Below are positions 1-9,333 of a DNA stretch of 64,000 nucleotides, one piece after another (position 1 is the first letter of the stretch; each line of letters starts with the position of its first letter). The DNA comes from Flavobacteriales bacterium. GTDB taxonomy: Bacteria; Bacteroidota; Bacteroidia; Flavobacteriales_F; PHOS-HE28. The stretch is from contig JACJZG010000012.1 in NCBI GenBank assembly GCA_020635715.1, forward strand, positions 24,680 to 88,679, read 5' to 3'. Both the position numbers and the translations under genes were made by a program. Under the pieces are notes generated by a model. That model was not told where the DNA came from and searched no databases. It was given only the letters and a program-made list of their open reading frames with translations.

Positions 1-1373
1 TCGGCATCGCGAACCCACCGCTGGAGACCTCGCATCATTGGCGACAGACCTCGGTGCTGATGGTGGCCCGCAACTATGCCGAACAGGGCGTGGACCTGCT
101 GCATCCCAGGATGGATACGGCCGGTGAGCTAAGCGGAATAACGGGCATGGAGTTCCCCTTGCTCAACGCCTTGATCGGTCTGGCCATGATGGTCTTCGGC
201 ACTGCGACATGGCCCGCGCGGCTGATCGTTTTGCTGATGGGGAGCCTGGGCGTAGTGTGCTTCCATGCCCTGGTGGAACGGCGCCTGGGTACGCGCACCG
301 GCCTTTACGCCGCACTATTGCTGCTCGTCTCGCTCTGGTTCATGTACAGCAGGAAGGTGATGCCGGACGTGTTCGCCCTCTCCCTGGTCATCATCGGCGT
401 GGAGCGCTTCGATCGCGCCCTTTCAGCCTCTCGATGGTGGATCATCGTTTCATTGATCGGAGCCGTCTGTCTCGCTGCGGGCCTGTTGAGCAAGATCACC
501 GCCGGATGCCTCTTGGCCGTGTGGCCCGTGCTGGCCTGGCGACAGCGGACCGAATGCCGCACATGGGCGATCACCGCCTTCATGGCACTTGCCACCATTC
601 CCGCGGTCTGGTGGTACCATGCGTGGGTGCCCCATCTCGTGGACACCTATGGTTATTGGCACTTCTTCATGGGCAAGCCGATCGCGGTAGGCGCCGTGGA
701 GTTGCTGCGCAACTGGCCACGCACACTGGACAACTTCTACTTCGACGCACTGCGTTTCAGCGGCGCTGCTGTATTCCTGCTAGGCCTTTTCTGCGCAATG
801 GAACGACGGGCCTATGGCATCCTCAGTGCCTTCCTACTCCTATGCGGCTCCTTCCTGGTGGTGATGTTGAAGGCTGGCGACACGTTCTGGATCCATGCCT
901 ACTATGTGCTGCCCTTCGTGCCTGTGATGGCGCTCCTCGGCGGCTTCGGACTGGCGCAGCTGCCCGGCAAGCGTTGGGCGACCGGCCTGCTCGTGGTGGT
1001 GGCCCTTGAAGGGATCGCGGCTCAGGCGAACGACTTCCGCATCAACCCGACGTTGGAGCCCTTACTAGAGCTGGAGGGCGACCTGATCGATGATGAAGGC
1101 CGTATCGCCATGAACACCGGGCAGGTGCCCACCGCGATGTACTTCGCTCACCGCCGGGGGTGGACATTGACCAACGCAGAGTTGCAGGACCCTGCCGTCC
1201 TTTCACGGCTTGAGCACCTCGGCTGTAGCCGTATCGTGGTCTTCCGATCCACCTTCGAGGGCGACGTGACCATTCCGTGGCCATTGCTCCTGGAAAAGGC
1301 CGCCTACCGCATCCATCGACCCCCGGATCGTGGAGCGAACGCCCCAATCGGAGAGGAGCCGAAGCCCCATTGA
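1..1373 (+). CDS. Membrane glycosyltransferase, GT-C fold (ArnT/PMT_2-like); 5' end lies outside the window
   Basis: The frame is open from base 3 (GIANPPLETSHHWRQTSVLMVARNY...), so the listed Met at 54 is internal. The protein has many hydrophobic segments and an N-terminal layout typical of lipid-linked-sugar transferases. Family call is from memory only. Confidence 0.6.
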   Translation, partial: GIANPPLETSHHWRQTSVLMVARNYAEQGVDLLHPRMDTAGELSGITGMEFPLLNALIGLAMMVFGTATWPARLIVLLMGSLGVVCFHALVERRLGTRTGLYAALLLLVSLWFMYSRKVMPDVFALSLVIIGVERFDRALSASRWWIIVSLIGAVCLAAGLLSKITAGCLLAVWPVLAWRQRTECRTWAITAFMALATIPAVWWYHAWVPHLVDTYGYWHFFMGKPIAVGAVELLRNWPRTLDNFYFDALRFSGAAVFLLGLFCAMERRAYGILSAFLLLCGSFLVVMLKAGDTFWIHAYYVLPFVPVMALLGGFGLAQLPGKRWATGLLVVVALEGIAAQANDFRINPTLEPLLELEGDLIDDEGRIAMNTGQVPTAMYFAHRRGWTLTNAELQDPAVLSRLEHLGCSRIVVFRSTFEGDVTIPWPLLLEKAAYRIHRPPDRGANAPIGEEPKPH

Positions 1374-1457
1374 CCAGCTTTCACACTTCTTAACCTGCCA
1401 CGGATGCTTTCGGCACGGTTTTCCACGTCTTGTTCACACAACCTACGACGAACGACC

Positions 1458-1619
1458 ATGCCACGCGCAAAGAAGAAACTGGTGCTTACCCAACCGATCA
1501 AAGAAGGATTGAAGGCGATCAAGGTGCGCCTGGACCACCGCACGGTCATCACCCTGGCCAGCTTGAAGGCGCTCGACTTCTGGAAGAAGCGCTACCCGCA
1601 GGCACAGGTGATCGGCTGA
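1458..1619 (+). CDS. Small basic hypothetical protein (53 aa; alternative ATG at 1404)
   Basis: ORF MPRAKKKLVLTQPIKEGLKAIKVRLDHRTVITLASLKALDFWKKRYPQAQVIG has coding-like composition. No family recognised. Confidence 0.35.
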   Translation: MPRAKKKLVLTQPIKEGLKAIKVRLDHRTVITLASLKALDFWKKRYPQAQVIG

Positions 1620-3104
1620 TCAATGGGGGCTGAGGCCCTCCACATACCGCCGGTCATTGGCCAGCCGTGGCATCTTGCTTTGGGCATCGTTCATGCCCCG
1701 CGCCTTCATGAGCGCGGCGAAGCCCCCGCGCACCACCGGCCGGATGACCAAGGGACGCAGCACTTTTCCGGCGATCAGGTCTCTGTAGTAGACATTGCGA
1801 CGCTGAAGCGCTTCGTCCACCAAGGTGGCGAACTTGTCCGGATGGGCCGGTGGAACAGCGAATTCGATGAACCATTCGTGATGCGGCATTCCGCCCTCCG
1901 GCGGAGTCAACTGCGGGGCCACCGTGAATTCGGCCACCTCGCACGCCATTTCCTCCATCGCCTCCTTCAGCGCCCCCTCCACTTCCACGGCGATCACATG
2001 CTCGCCGAAGGCACTGGTGAAGTGCTTCGTACGCCCGGTGACAACGATGCGGGGTGGTGCTAGTGAGACGAACTTGACCGTGTCCCCGATCTCGTAGCCC
2101 CAGAGCCCGGCATTCGTGTAAAGGACCAGCGCGTACTGCACATCGAGCTCCACCTCGGCAATGGACCGCGGCCGCTTGTCGATACCATGCACAGGTACGA
2201 AGCCGAAATAGATCCCGTTGTCGAGCACGAGCAAGAGGCCGTCCTCACCACTGCGGTCCTGATAGGCGATGAAGCCCTCGCTCGCCGGAAACAGCTCCAC
2301 GCTCGGGACGCTTGCACCGATGAGCGACTCCATCCGGCTGCGATATGGTGCGTAATTGACACCGCCGTATACGAAGAGCGAGAAGTTGGGGAAGACCTCC
2401 TTCACCGTGGCCTTGCCGGTCCGTGCGAGCAGACGCTCGAAGTACATCTGCACCCAGGCGGGTATCCCGCTGATCAGACGCATATCCTCGCTCACGGTCT
2501 CTCCCACGATGGCCTCCACCTTGGTCTCCCAGTCGCTGATGCTGTTGGTGGCGAAGGATGGCATCCGGTTCCTCAGGAGGTAGGCGGGCACATGGTTGGC
2601 TACGATGCCGCTAAGCCGACCGCTCGGGATATGCCTGCTCTTATCCAGCACCGGGCTGCCTTGCAGGAAGATCATCTTCCCATCCACGAAGTCCGCCTTC
2701 CCGCTCTGGGCGATGTAGGCCAGCAAGGCCCTGCGCGCGCTATCGATGTGGTTGGGCAGGCTCTCCTTGGTGATGGGGATGTACTTGGCACCACTGGTGG
2801 TACCGCTGGTCTTGCAGAAGTAGAGCGGCTTGCCCGGCCACAACACATCCTCCTCCCCGAAGCCGATCCGTTCGATGTAGGGCTTGATGGCTTCGTAATC
2901 CCGCAACGGAACGGCCTGCACCAGTTCGGCATGGTCGCGCACGGCATGCAGGCGGTGTTCCCGGCCGAAGGTGGTATCACCCCCGAAGCGGATCAGCTCC
3001 CGAAGTAAGGCGGCCTGCGTGTTCACAGGATCCATCGCCCGCGCCATCACTGCCTTGGTCACCGCCCTGGCGTATGGCTTCGCGATGATGGACTTGAGGC
3101 TCAT
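1620..3104 (-). CDS. GH3 (auxin-responsive promoter) family acyl-adenylate-forming protein
   Basis: 494-aa ORF with an N-terminus (MSLKSIIAKPYAR...LRELIRFGGDTTFGREH...LRDYEAIKPYIERI) and length typical of the Bacteroidota GH3 family. Its start overlaps the stop of the upstream M23 gene by 4 nt. Confidence 0.8.
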   Translation of the reverse strand: MSLKSIIAKPYARAVTKAVMARAMDPVNTQAALLRELIRFGGDTTFGREHRLHAVRDHAELVQAVPLRDYEAIKPYIERIGFGEEDVLWPGKPLYFCKTSGTTSGAKYIPITKESLPNHIDSARRALLAYIAQSGKADFVDGKMIFLQGSPVLDKSRHIPSGRLSGIVANHVPAYLLRNRMPSFATNSISDWETKVEAIVGETVSEDMRLISGIPAWVQMYFERLLARTGKATVKEVFPNFSLFVYGGVNYAPYRSRMESLIGASVPSVELFPASEGFIAYQDRSGEDGLLLVLDNGIYFGFVPVHGIDKRPRSIAEVELDVQYALVLYTNAGLWGYEIGDTVKFVSLAPPRIVVTGRTKHFTSAFGEHVIAVEVEGALKEAMEEMACEVAEFTVAPQLTPPEGGMPHHEWFIEFAVPPAHPDKFATLVDEALQRRNVYYRDLIAGKVLRPLVIRPVVRGGFAALMKARGMNDAQSKMPRLANDRRYVEGLSPH

Positions 3105-4000
3105 TCGAACACCATGTACGCCTGAGGGTCCAGCGGTTCGCCGCTCAGCCAGAGTTCGAAGTGGAGGTGCGGGCCGGTGGTGAGCTCCCCACTGCTCCCC
3201 ACGATGGCGATGGCCTCGCCCGCCTTCACCTTGTCGCCCACCTTCTTCAACAGCACGCTGTTGTGCTTGTAAACGCTCACCAGGTCGTTGGCGTGCTGGA
3301 TCTGCAGCACATGGCCCGCATCGGTGGTCCAGCTGGCCAGGGTCACGGTCCCCGATAGGCAGGCCTTCACCGCCGCATCGGCCTTCGCCACGATGTCGAT
3401 GCCGAAATGACCCTTCGAACGTTCGAACCGGCTGGTGACGATCCCGCGCAAGGGTGGGAAGAAGAAGACCCCGGCCAATTCACGCCGCTCGTTATCCACC
3501 CCACCCTCCTTCACACTGAAGGCCTCCTCGCGTGCCACCCGTTCGCGCAACATGCTATCCGAAACACCGGGCTCCAGGTCCTCCACGGTGGGCTTCTTCG
3601 CCAATGGCGCCAACAGGGCGGCACTATCCGCCGGCAGCTCGCCGCTCAACACCGCACGAAGGTTCGCGATGTAGAGGTCGCGCTCCTGGATGTTCCGTTC
3701 CAGGGAATCGGCCAGCAGCAGGCTGCGGTAAGCGTTGCGCTTGGTCTCCTGGTCCGCATAACCGGGGATGTAGCGTTTCAGCGGGGTGTACACGATCACC
3801 GCCGTAACGAAGGCGCCGTAGAGCAGGAAGGCCGCCGTGCCGAGCAACAGGACGTTCAAGCGGTTCAGGCGCATGCTGAAGCGCTCCTCGAAGGTGCTGT
3901 CGTTGATCAGCATCAACCGGTACCGGTCCCGGAGCTTCCGGAGCAGTCGCCGCTTGGCGCCACGTCCTTCCCCTTCCTTCCTGGCCGGTGCAATGGGCAT
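3101..4000 (-). CDS. M23 family metallopeptidase, membrane anchored
   Basis: The start was chosen at MPIAPARKEG (ATG at 4000), inside the longer listed ORF 3101..4888. It has a TM segment (LLLGTAAFLLYGAFVTAVIV) and the catalytic motifs HFGIDI and GPHLHFELW. Confidence 0.8.
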   Translation of the reverse strand: MPIAPARKEGEGRGAKRRLLRKLRDRYRLMLINDSTFEERFSMRLNRLNVLLLGTAAFLLYGAFVTAVIVYTPLKRYIPGYADQETKRNAYRSLLLADSLERNIQERDLYIANLRAVLSGELPADSAALLAPLAKKPTVEDLEPGVSDSMLRERVAREEAFSVKEGGVDNERRELAGVFFFPPLRGIVTSRFERSKGHFGIDIVAKADAAVKACLSGTVTLASWTTDAGHVLQIQHANDLVSVYKHNSVLLKKVGDKVKAGEAIAIVGSSGELTTGPHLHFELWLSGEPLDPQAYMVFE

Positions 4001-4030
4001 TGGACAAATATCGCGCTCTACTTTCGGGCC

Positions 4031-4912
4031 GTGGCGTTCGTGGAGCGATATGCGCAGATCAAGGAGCTGGAGGAGCGGAGCCCACGGGCCCTCCTGCGGC
4101 ACGCCGCCCTCAATGGGCTGTCCCTCAAGGACCGCTTGACCGGCAGGACCGAGCGCGGTCTGCGCCTCCCCCGGGTGCAGTTCCTGTACATCCACCACTC
4201 GTTCACCGATGAGCTGGATGCCCTGCGCCGCCTGGTGGAAGACCTCGCCGACACCCATACGTTCATCCCGCACAGCGAGGGCGTGACACGCGTTCAGGAA
4301 GGGCGCATCGACGCACCGTACATCTGCCTGAGCTCGGACGATGGCTTCCGCAACAACCTCGACGGTGCGCGGGTGTTGCACGAGCTGGGGATCAGCGCCT
4401 GCTTCTTCGTAAACCCGGCGCTGATCGGGCTGCAGGACGGGGCGACGATCGAGCGGATGTGCGCCGACCGCTTCCACCTGCCGCCCGTGCGCTTCCTGGA
4501 CCGCAACGAGTTGGATGAGATCGTGCACATGGGTCATGAGATCGGCTCGCATAGCTGGGAGCACCACCGCATGGCCGCCCTCCCGCATGAGGCGATGGTC
4601 GAGGACATCCAACGCACGCGGGACACGCTCATCAGCTGGCTTGGCCGGGCCGATCACTTCGCCTTCCCGTACGGCCGCTTCGCGGATCTGACCGCTGCCG
4701 GCTACCGCGCCGTGTTCGCTGCCGGCCATGTGAGCTGTGCCACGGCCGAGCGCGGCTGCCACGCGAACACGCGGCCGATCCGTGCGGACCACCTGCTCAT
4801 CCGGCGCGACCACATCATCCTGGACTGGCCCCTGGCGCACATCCGGTATTTCCTCGGGAACAATGCCCTCAACGGCAGTGCGGACCACAACCCCTACCTC
4901 ACCGCGCCATGA
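4031..4912 (+). CDS. Polysaccharide deacetylase (NodB homology domain)
   Basis: Motifs ICLSSDDGFRNN and GSHSWEHH are present. Only the C-terminal ~290 codons of listed ORF 3407..4912 look like protein, because the upstream part overlaps the M23 gene on the other strand. There is no in-frame ATG; candidate starts are GTG 4031/4040 or TTG/GTG up to ~4172. Confidence 0.7.
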   Translation: MAFVERYAQIKELEERSPRALLRHAALNGLSLKDRLTGRTERGLRLPRVQFLYIHHSFTDELDALRRLVEDLADTHTFIPHSEGVTRVQEGRIDAPYICLSSDDGFRNNLDGARVLHELGISACFFVNPALIGLQDGATIERMCADRFHLPPVRFLDRNELDEIVHMGHEIGSHSWEHHRMAALPHEAMVEDIQRTRDTLISWLGRADHFAFPYGRFADLTAAGYRAVFAAGHVSCATAERGCHANTRPIRADHLLIRRDHIILDWPLAHIRYFLGNNALNGSADHNPYLTAP

Positions 4913-5688
4913 GGGTGGTGGTGCTCACCAGCGCTCGGCGCGGCACCGCCAGCCACCACCTGCCGATCCTTGCAGGCAGTGCCCAGTACCAGGTGGTGCG
5001 GGTGATCCTCGCCGGATCGCCGACGACCCCGCGCGGTGGCCTGCGGAAGAAGCTCCGGAAGGTGATGCGCATAGGCCCATTGGGGGCGCTCATGGGGTAC
5101 AGGATGCGGGCCTGGTACACCACCGATGTGCAGGCCCTTTGCCCGTTGGAGGACATCGGCGTGCTGTGCGAACGCCACGGGATCGAGCTGATCACCACCC
5201 CGTGGGTGAACCACCCGGATACGGTGACGGCCATGAAGGAGGCCCACGCGGACGTCGCGCTCAGCCTGGGCAATGGGTACATCGCCTCCAAAGTGTTCAC
5301 CCTGCCCCGCCTCGGCATGCTCAACATCCACCACGAGCTACTGCCCGAGTACCAGAACGCCCAGGGGGTGATCTGGCCGATCTATAACGGATCGCGGGTC
5401 ACCGGCTACACCATCCACCGCATCGACAAGGGCATCGACACTGGCGCCATCGTGCAACGCGAGGAGGTTCCGATCCACTTCGGTCCGCGCCTGCGGGATA
5501 CGGTGACCCGCACGATGGTGGCCGTTCTGGACGCGAGTGCTGCCGGCTGCCGCGCGGTGCTGGAGGACCTGCCCGCGAAACTTGCCACCGCCAGGCCACA
5601 GGGCCCGGGCTGCAAGTGGACCACCCCCAGCTTCGGGCAATACCTGCGCATCCTGCGCAACCACCGCCGCCTGCGCGCCGAACGGTGA
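4909..5688 (+). CDS. Formyltransferase-domain protein (short, sugar/ArnA-N-terminal-like; no Fmt C-terminal domain)
   Basis: Contains the LNIHHELLPEYQNAQG...TGYTIHRIDKGIDTGAIV pattern (Asn/His/Asp of the formyl_trans_N fold). ATGA overlap with the deacetylase stop. Confidence 0.75.
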   Translation: MRVVVLTSARRGTASHHLPILAGSAQYQVVRVILAGSPTTPRGGLRKKLRKVMRIGPLGALMGYRMRAWYTTDVQALCPLEDIGVLCERHGIELITTPWVNHPDTVTAMKEAHADVALSLGNGYIASKVFTLPRLGMLNIHHELLPEYQNAQGVIWPIYNGSRVTGYTIHRIDKGIDTGAIVQREEVPIHFGPRLRDTVTRTMVAVLDASAAGCRAVLEDLPAKLATARPQGPGCKWTTPSFGQYLRILRNHRRLRAER

Positions 5689-5763
5689 GCCCTGGATGGG
5701 CGACAGCCGGATCCGCCGGTCATAATAACTTCGCCCGTTCGTAGTTATCCCTTGCGTTCCGCC

Positions 5764-8391
5764 ATGCGCCCTCCCCATTTCCTTCGGTCCGCCGGTGCGG
5801 CGCTGCTCATGGCCGCCCTTGCCGCTGGCTGTTCCCAGGAGAAGGACGCCTTCCTGAACCGGACCTTCCACCGACTGACCACGCGGGATAACGGCTGGTT
5901 CAACGCCAACGAGAAGCTGAAGGAGGTGGTGGCGGGGATCGAGGAGGCTCATGTGGACGATTACGACCATGTGCTCCCGCTCTTCATCTACGGCTCCGAC
6001 GAGCAGGCCAGGAACGCCACGCCGGACCTGGAGAAGTGCATCGAGAAGTGCTCGCTCGTGATCGAGCGCCACTCGATGAACATCCAGGGCAAGGAGAAGA
6101 ACAAATGGATCGATGACGCCTGGTTCGTCATCGCCAAGAGCCATTTCTACAAGAAGAACTTCTACGAGGCCGAGCGCGGGTTCACCTATGTGAGCCGCCG
6201 CTTCAAAGGGGAGAACCGACAGATGGAGAGCCTTGTATGGCTGGCCCGTACCGCCATCGTGCTGGAGCAGTTCGGCAAGGCGCAGAGCGCGCTGGACGAG
6301 GTGGGCAACCAGAAGGAACTGCCCAAGGACTTCGACCACGGCGAGTTCGAGGCGGTGCGCGCCGAGCTGGAATTGAAGCGCGGCAAGGTGGATGATGCCA
6401 TCGTGCACCTGGAGGCGGCCATCCCGAACGCGGGCACCAAGAAGGAACGGGTGCGGTGGGCCTTCGTGCTGGCCCAGTTGTACCAGCTCAAGGGCCTGGA
6501 GGAGAAAGCGATCAAGCAGTTCGCCATCGTGGGGCGCATGAACCCGCCGTACGAGATGGCCTTCCACACGCAGATCTTCCAGGCGCTCGCCTTCAACAAG
6601 GGCAACAGCAAGGAGATCCGCAAGAAGCTCAACCGCATGCTGCGCGATGAGAAGCATGTGGACCACTTCGACATGCTGCATTACGCGATCGCGGACCTCG
6701 ACCTGAAGGAGCGCAAGGACTCCTCCGCGATCGACCACCTGATGACCAGCGCCCGTGTAAGCACCACGGACACCAAGCAGAAGGCGAAGACCTTCCTGCG
6801 CCTGGCCGACCTCTACTTCGACGATCGGGCGTACGGTGACGCACAGAAGTACTACGACTCCACCCAGACCATCCTGGCCGAGACCCATGAGCGGTTCGAG
6901 GAGGTGACCACCCGCGCCCGGGTCCTGGGTGAGCTGGTGGAGCAGCTGCGCATCATCGCGTTGGAGGACAGCCTGCAGGGGCTCGCACAATTGGACGAAA
7001 AGGACCTGGAGAAGAAGATCCGCGGCATGATCCGGGAACGGGAGCAGGCGGAGGCGGAGCGGAAACAAGCCGAAGAGGAGGCCCGAGCGCTGGCGGAAGC
7101 CAACCCCGATGCAGGAAAGACCCCCCAGCAACAAGGGGGAAACCGCGGAGCCTGGTACTTCTATGACCCGCAGCAGATCGGGCGTGGCCTGAGCAACTTC
7201 CGCAAGAAATGGGGGAACCGACCGCTCGAAGACGACTGGCGTCGCAAGGACAAGAGCGGCAGCGCACTGGCCGAAGTGACCGAGGAGGAGGAGGAAGAAA
7301 TGGCTGGTGGCGCCGACAAAGAGGAGAAGCAGGAGGAGTGGAAGGACCCTTCGTTCTACACCAAGGACATCCCGAAGGATGATGCCGCACTGGCCGCCTC
7401 CAACGCCCGGATCTGCTCGGCCCTGTATACCTCGGGCATGATCTACAAGGAGCAGCTGAAGGACCCGGACAACGCCATCGAGAGCTTCGAGGTGCTGAAC
7501 GGGCGCTTCGAGGAATGCCGCTACACCCCGGAGAGCTATTATCAGCTTTACCGGATCTACCTGGAGAAGGAACAGACCACGAACTACTTCGCGCCGGACG
7601 GCATGGGCTCGCAGTATTACGCCAACGTGATCCTGGAACGATGGCCCGATTCGGAGTTCGCCCGCCTGATCCGCGACCCGAACGTGCTGCAGGCCGATGA
7701 GGCCCGCCGCAAGGAAGAGGAGATCGCCTACAAGGAGGTCTATGATCGCTACCGGCAGTACCTGTTCGCCTCTGTGATCGTCTCCTGTGAAGGGGTGATC
7801 ACCAACGAACCCAACAACCACTTCCTGGCGAAATACCACATGCTGCGGGCCATGGCGCTCGGTGGCATGCGCGATCGGGCCGGTTTCCGCGCGGCCCTGG
7901 AGGAAGTGAAGATCAAATTCGCCGGTACGGACGAGGAGCGCGCCGCCACCGAGATGCTGGCAGCGTTGGACCGCAGCGCGGGCGCCCCGCCCCCACCGCC
8001 CAAGCAAGGCGCCGCCGGCTCGTACACACCCGATGCGGGTCCGCACTTCTTCGCGCTGATCGTGCCCAACCAGGGGTCCGACGTTACCAGCATCAAGACC
8101 AGGATCTCCGCCTTCAACCAGCTCTATTTCCCCGGAACACCCGTGGAGATCACCAACAGCTTCCTTGATCCGGAACACCAGGTGGTGCTGATCAGTGGAT
8201 TCCCGACCAAGGAGACGGCGATGCTGTACAACGGCCTGTTCACCAGTGGCAACCAAGAGCTCGTAGGGATCAACGACCAGGGCTACCCGGCCTTCCCGAT
8301 CACCACGGCCAACTACGCGCAACTCTACAAGAGCAAGGATGTGGACGGCTACACCGCCTTCTTCGCGCAGAATTACCTTGACCGTCAGTAG
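5764..8391 (+). CDS. porW: T9SS periplasmic TPR lipoprotein, PorW/SprE-like
   Basis: Lipobox LAAGC|S is followed by KDAFLNRTFHRLTTRDNGWFNANEKL, which is the R-x-[FY]-H-x-x-T-x-x-[YD]-N-x-x-F-N signature as I remember it for PorW/SprE. The protein is ~875 aa and TPR-like helical throughout, with an acidic low-complexity insert. ATG 5764 is preferred over TTG 5752. Confidence 0.6.
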   Translation: MRPPHFLRSAGAALLMAALAAGCSQEKDAFLNRTFHRLTTRDNGWFNANEKLKEVVAGIEEAHVDDYDHVLPLFIYGSDEQARNATPDLEKCIEKCSLVIERHSMNIQGKEKNKWIDDAWFVIAKSHFYKKNFYEAERGFTYVSRRFKGENRQMESLVWLARTAIVLEQFGKAQSALDEVGNQKELPKDFDHGEFEAVRAELELKRGKVDDAIVHLEAAIPNAGTKKERVRWAFVLAQLYQLKGLEEKAIKQFAIVGRMNPPYEMAFHTQIFQALAFNKGNSKEIRKKLNRMLRDEKHVDHFDMLHYAIADLDLKERKDSSAIDHLMTSARVSTTDTKQKAKTFLRLADLYFDDRAYGDAQKYYDSTQTILAETHERFEEVTTRARVLGELVEQLRIIALEDSLQGLAQLDEKDLEKKIRGMIREREQAEAERKQAEEEARALAEANPDAGKTPQQQGGNRGAWYFYDPQQIGRGLSNFRKKWGNRPLEDDWRRKDKSGSALAEVTEEEEEEMAGGADKEEKQEEWKDPSFYTKDIPKDDAALAASNARICSALYTSGMIYKEQLKDPDNAIESFEVLNGRFEECRYTPESYYQLYRIYLEKEQTTNYFAPDGMGSQYYANVILERWPDSEFARLIRDPNVLQADEARRKEEEIAYKEVYDRYRQYLFASVIVSCEGVITNEPNNHFLAKYHMLRAMALGGMRDRAGFRAALEEVKIKFAGTDEERAATEMLAALDRSAGAPPPPPKQGAAGSYTPDAGPHFFALIVPNQGSDVTSIKTRISAFNQLYFPGTPVEITNSFLDPEHQVVLISGFPTKETAMLYNGLFTSGNQELVGINDQGYPAFPITTANYAQLYKSKDVDGYTAFFAQNYLDRQ

Positions 8392-8410
8392 GATAAGCCG
8401 GATCGGCGCC

Positions 8411-8418
8411 TATCTTTG
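8411..8418 (+). promoter_or_regulatory. Bacteroidota sigma-A -7 box (TATCTTTG = TAnnTTTG)
   Basis: Perfect match to the TAnnTTTG consensus, 31 nt upstream of the bactofilin ATG. Confidence 0.35.
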
Positions 8419-8448
8419 CCGCGTCTTCACCCTGGAACCGAACTGAAG

Positions 8449-8916
8449 ATGTTGTTCCGATCCGATAAACCTGCGAACCCGGCACCCATGAACAAGACCG
8501 CTGAACCCGTTAGCCCCGGCAAGATCAATAGCATCATGGAGGGCACCTCCATCGAGGGCGAGATCAAGAGCGATAGCAACATCCGCATCGATGGCCGGGT
8601 GAAGGGTACGATCAATGCCCGGGGCCGCGTGATCGTCGGGCAGACCGGCAGCATCGAGGGCGAGATCATCTGCCAGAGCAGTGACATCGAGGGCACGGTG
8701 ATCGGCAAGGTGAACTGCCAGGACCTGCTGAGCCTGAAAGCCACGGCCAAGTTGCAGGGCGACATCAACACGAAGAAACTGGCCATCGAGCCGGGTGCCG
8801 TGTTCACCGGGAATTGCAGCATGGGCGGGGGCGTTGTGAAGGAGATGGATCCTGTACGCCTGCGCACCGACAACGCGAACACGGCACGTCCCGAGCAGCA
8901 GCAGGCCACGCGCTAA
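8449..8916 (+). CDS. Bactofilin (polymer-forming cytoskeletal protein)
   Basis: Repetitive beta-helix pattern (IEGEIKSDSNIRIDGRVKGTINARGRVIVGQTGSIEGEIICQSSDIEGTVIGKV...) with disordered termini. Start taken at MLFRSDK. Confidence 0.8.
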   Translation: MLFRSDKPANPAPMNKTAEPVSPGKINSIMEGTSIEGEIKSDSNIRIDGRVKGTINARGRVIVGQTGSIEGEIICQSSDIEGTVIGKVNCQDLLSLKATAKLQGDINTKKLAIEPGAVFTGNCSMGGGVVKEMDPVRLRTDNANTARPEQQQATR

Positions 8917-8940
8917 GCCGACATTCCACTGTTCGTTCCG

Positions 8941-9333
8941 ATGGCCGCACCGCAACGGTCGTTCCTCACCGTATTGGTGGCTTTCACCCTGGCCTGCGTG
9001 GCCGGGCTTGCCTTGACCGCTCGTGCGCTGCACCTTCCGCCGAACCCGGTGTTCCTGGGGCTGCCGCTGTATTTCGCGGTGCTGACCTTCCTCCTGCATC
9101 GCTGGCAGGAAAAAGCGCTCGCCGGTGACCCCAAGGGCTTCGTGCAACGTTTCATGACCGCGTTGGTGGTGAAGATGTTCGCCTCGGTGGCCGTGCTCGT
9201 AGCCTTGCTGCTCACCGCACCGGACGCCTTCATCACCCCCATGGCCCTCGGCTTCGCCGTGCTCTACCTGGCCTACGTTGTGTTCAGCACGGTGCGGCTG
9301 ATGCGGCTCTCGCAACGCGCAGGCAGGACATGA
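8941..9333 (+). CDS. Small integral membrane protein upstream of the atp operon
   Basis: 130 aa with 3-4 hydrophobic helices. 4-nt overlap with the next ORF. No family recognised. Confidence 0.5.
   Translation: MAAPQRSFLTVLVAFTLACVAGLALTARALHLPPNPVFLGLPLYFAVLTFLLHRWQEKALAGDPKGFVQRFMTALVVKMFASVAVLVALLLTAPDAFITPMALGFAVLYLAYVVFSTVRLMRLSQRAGRT

Noticed and set aside
3407-4030. N-terminal ~208 codons of listed ORF 3407..4912
   Set aside because: This part overlaps the M23 peptidase gene on the other strand and is not protein-like. Only the part from about 4031 onward carries deacetylase motifs.
5338-8322. 994-codon minus-strand ORF antisense to the PorW/SprE-like gene
   Set aside because: Its composition (Arg/Gly/Leu/His/Val-rich, low complexity) is typical of an open antisense frame in high-GC DNA. 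The plus-strand frame has a lipoprotein signal and TPR pattern, so the antisense ORF is a shadow.
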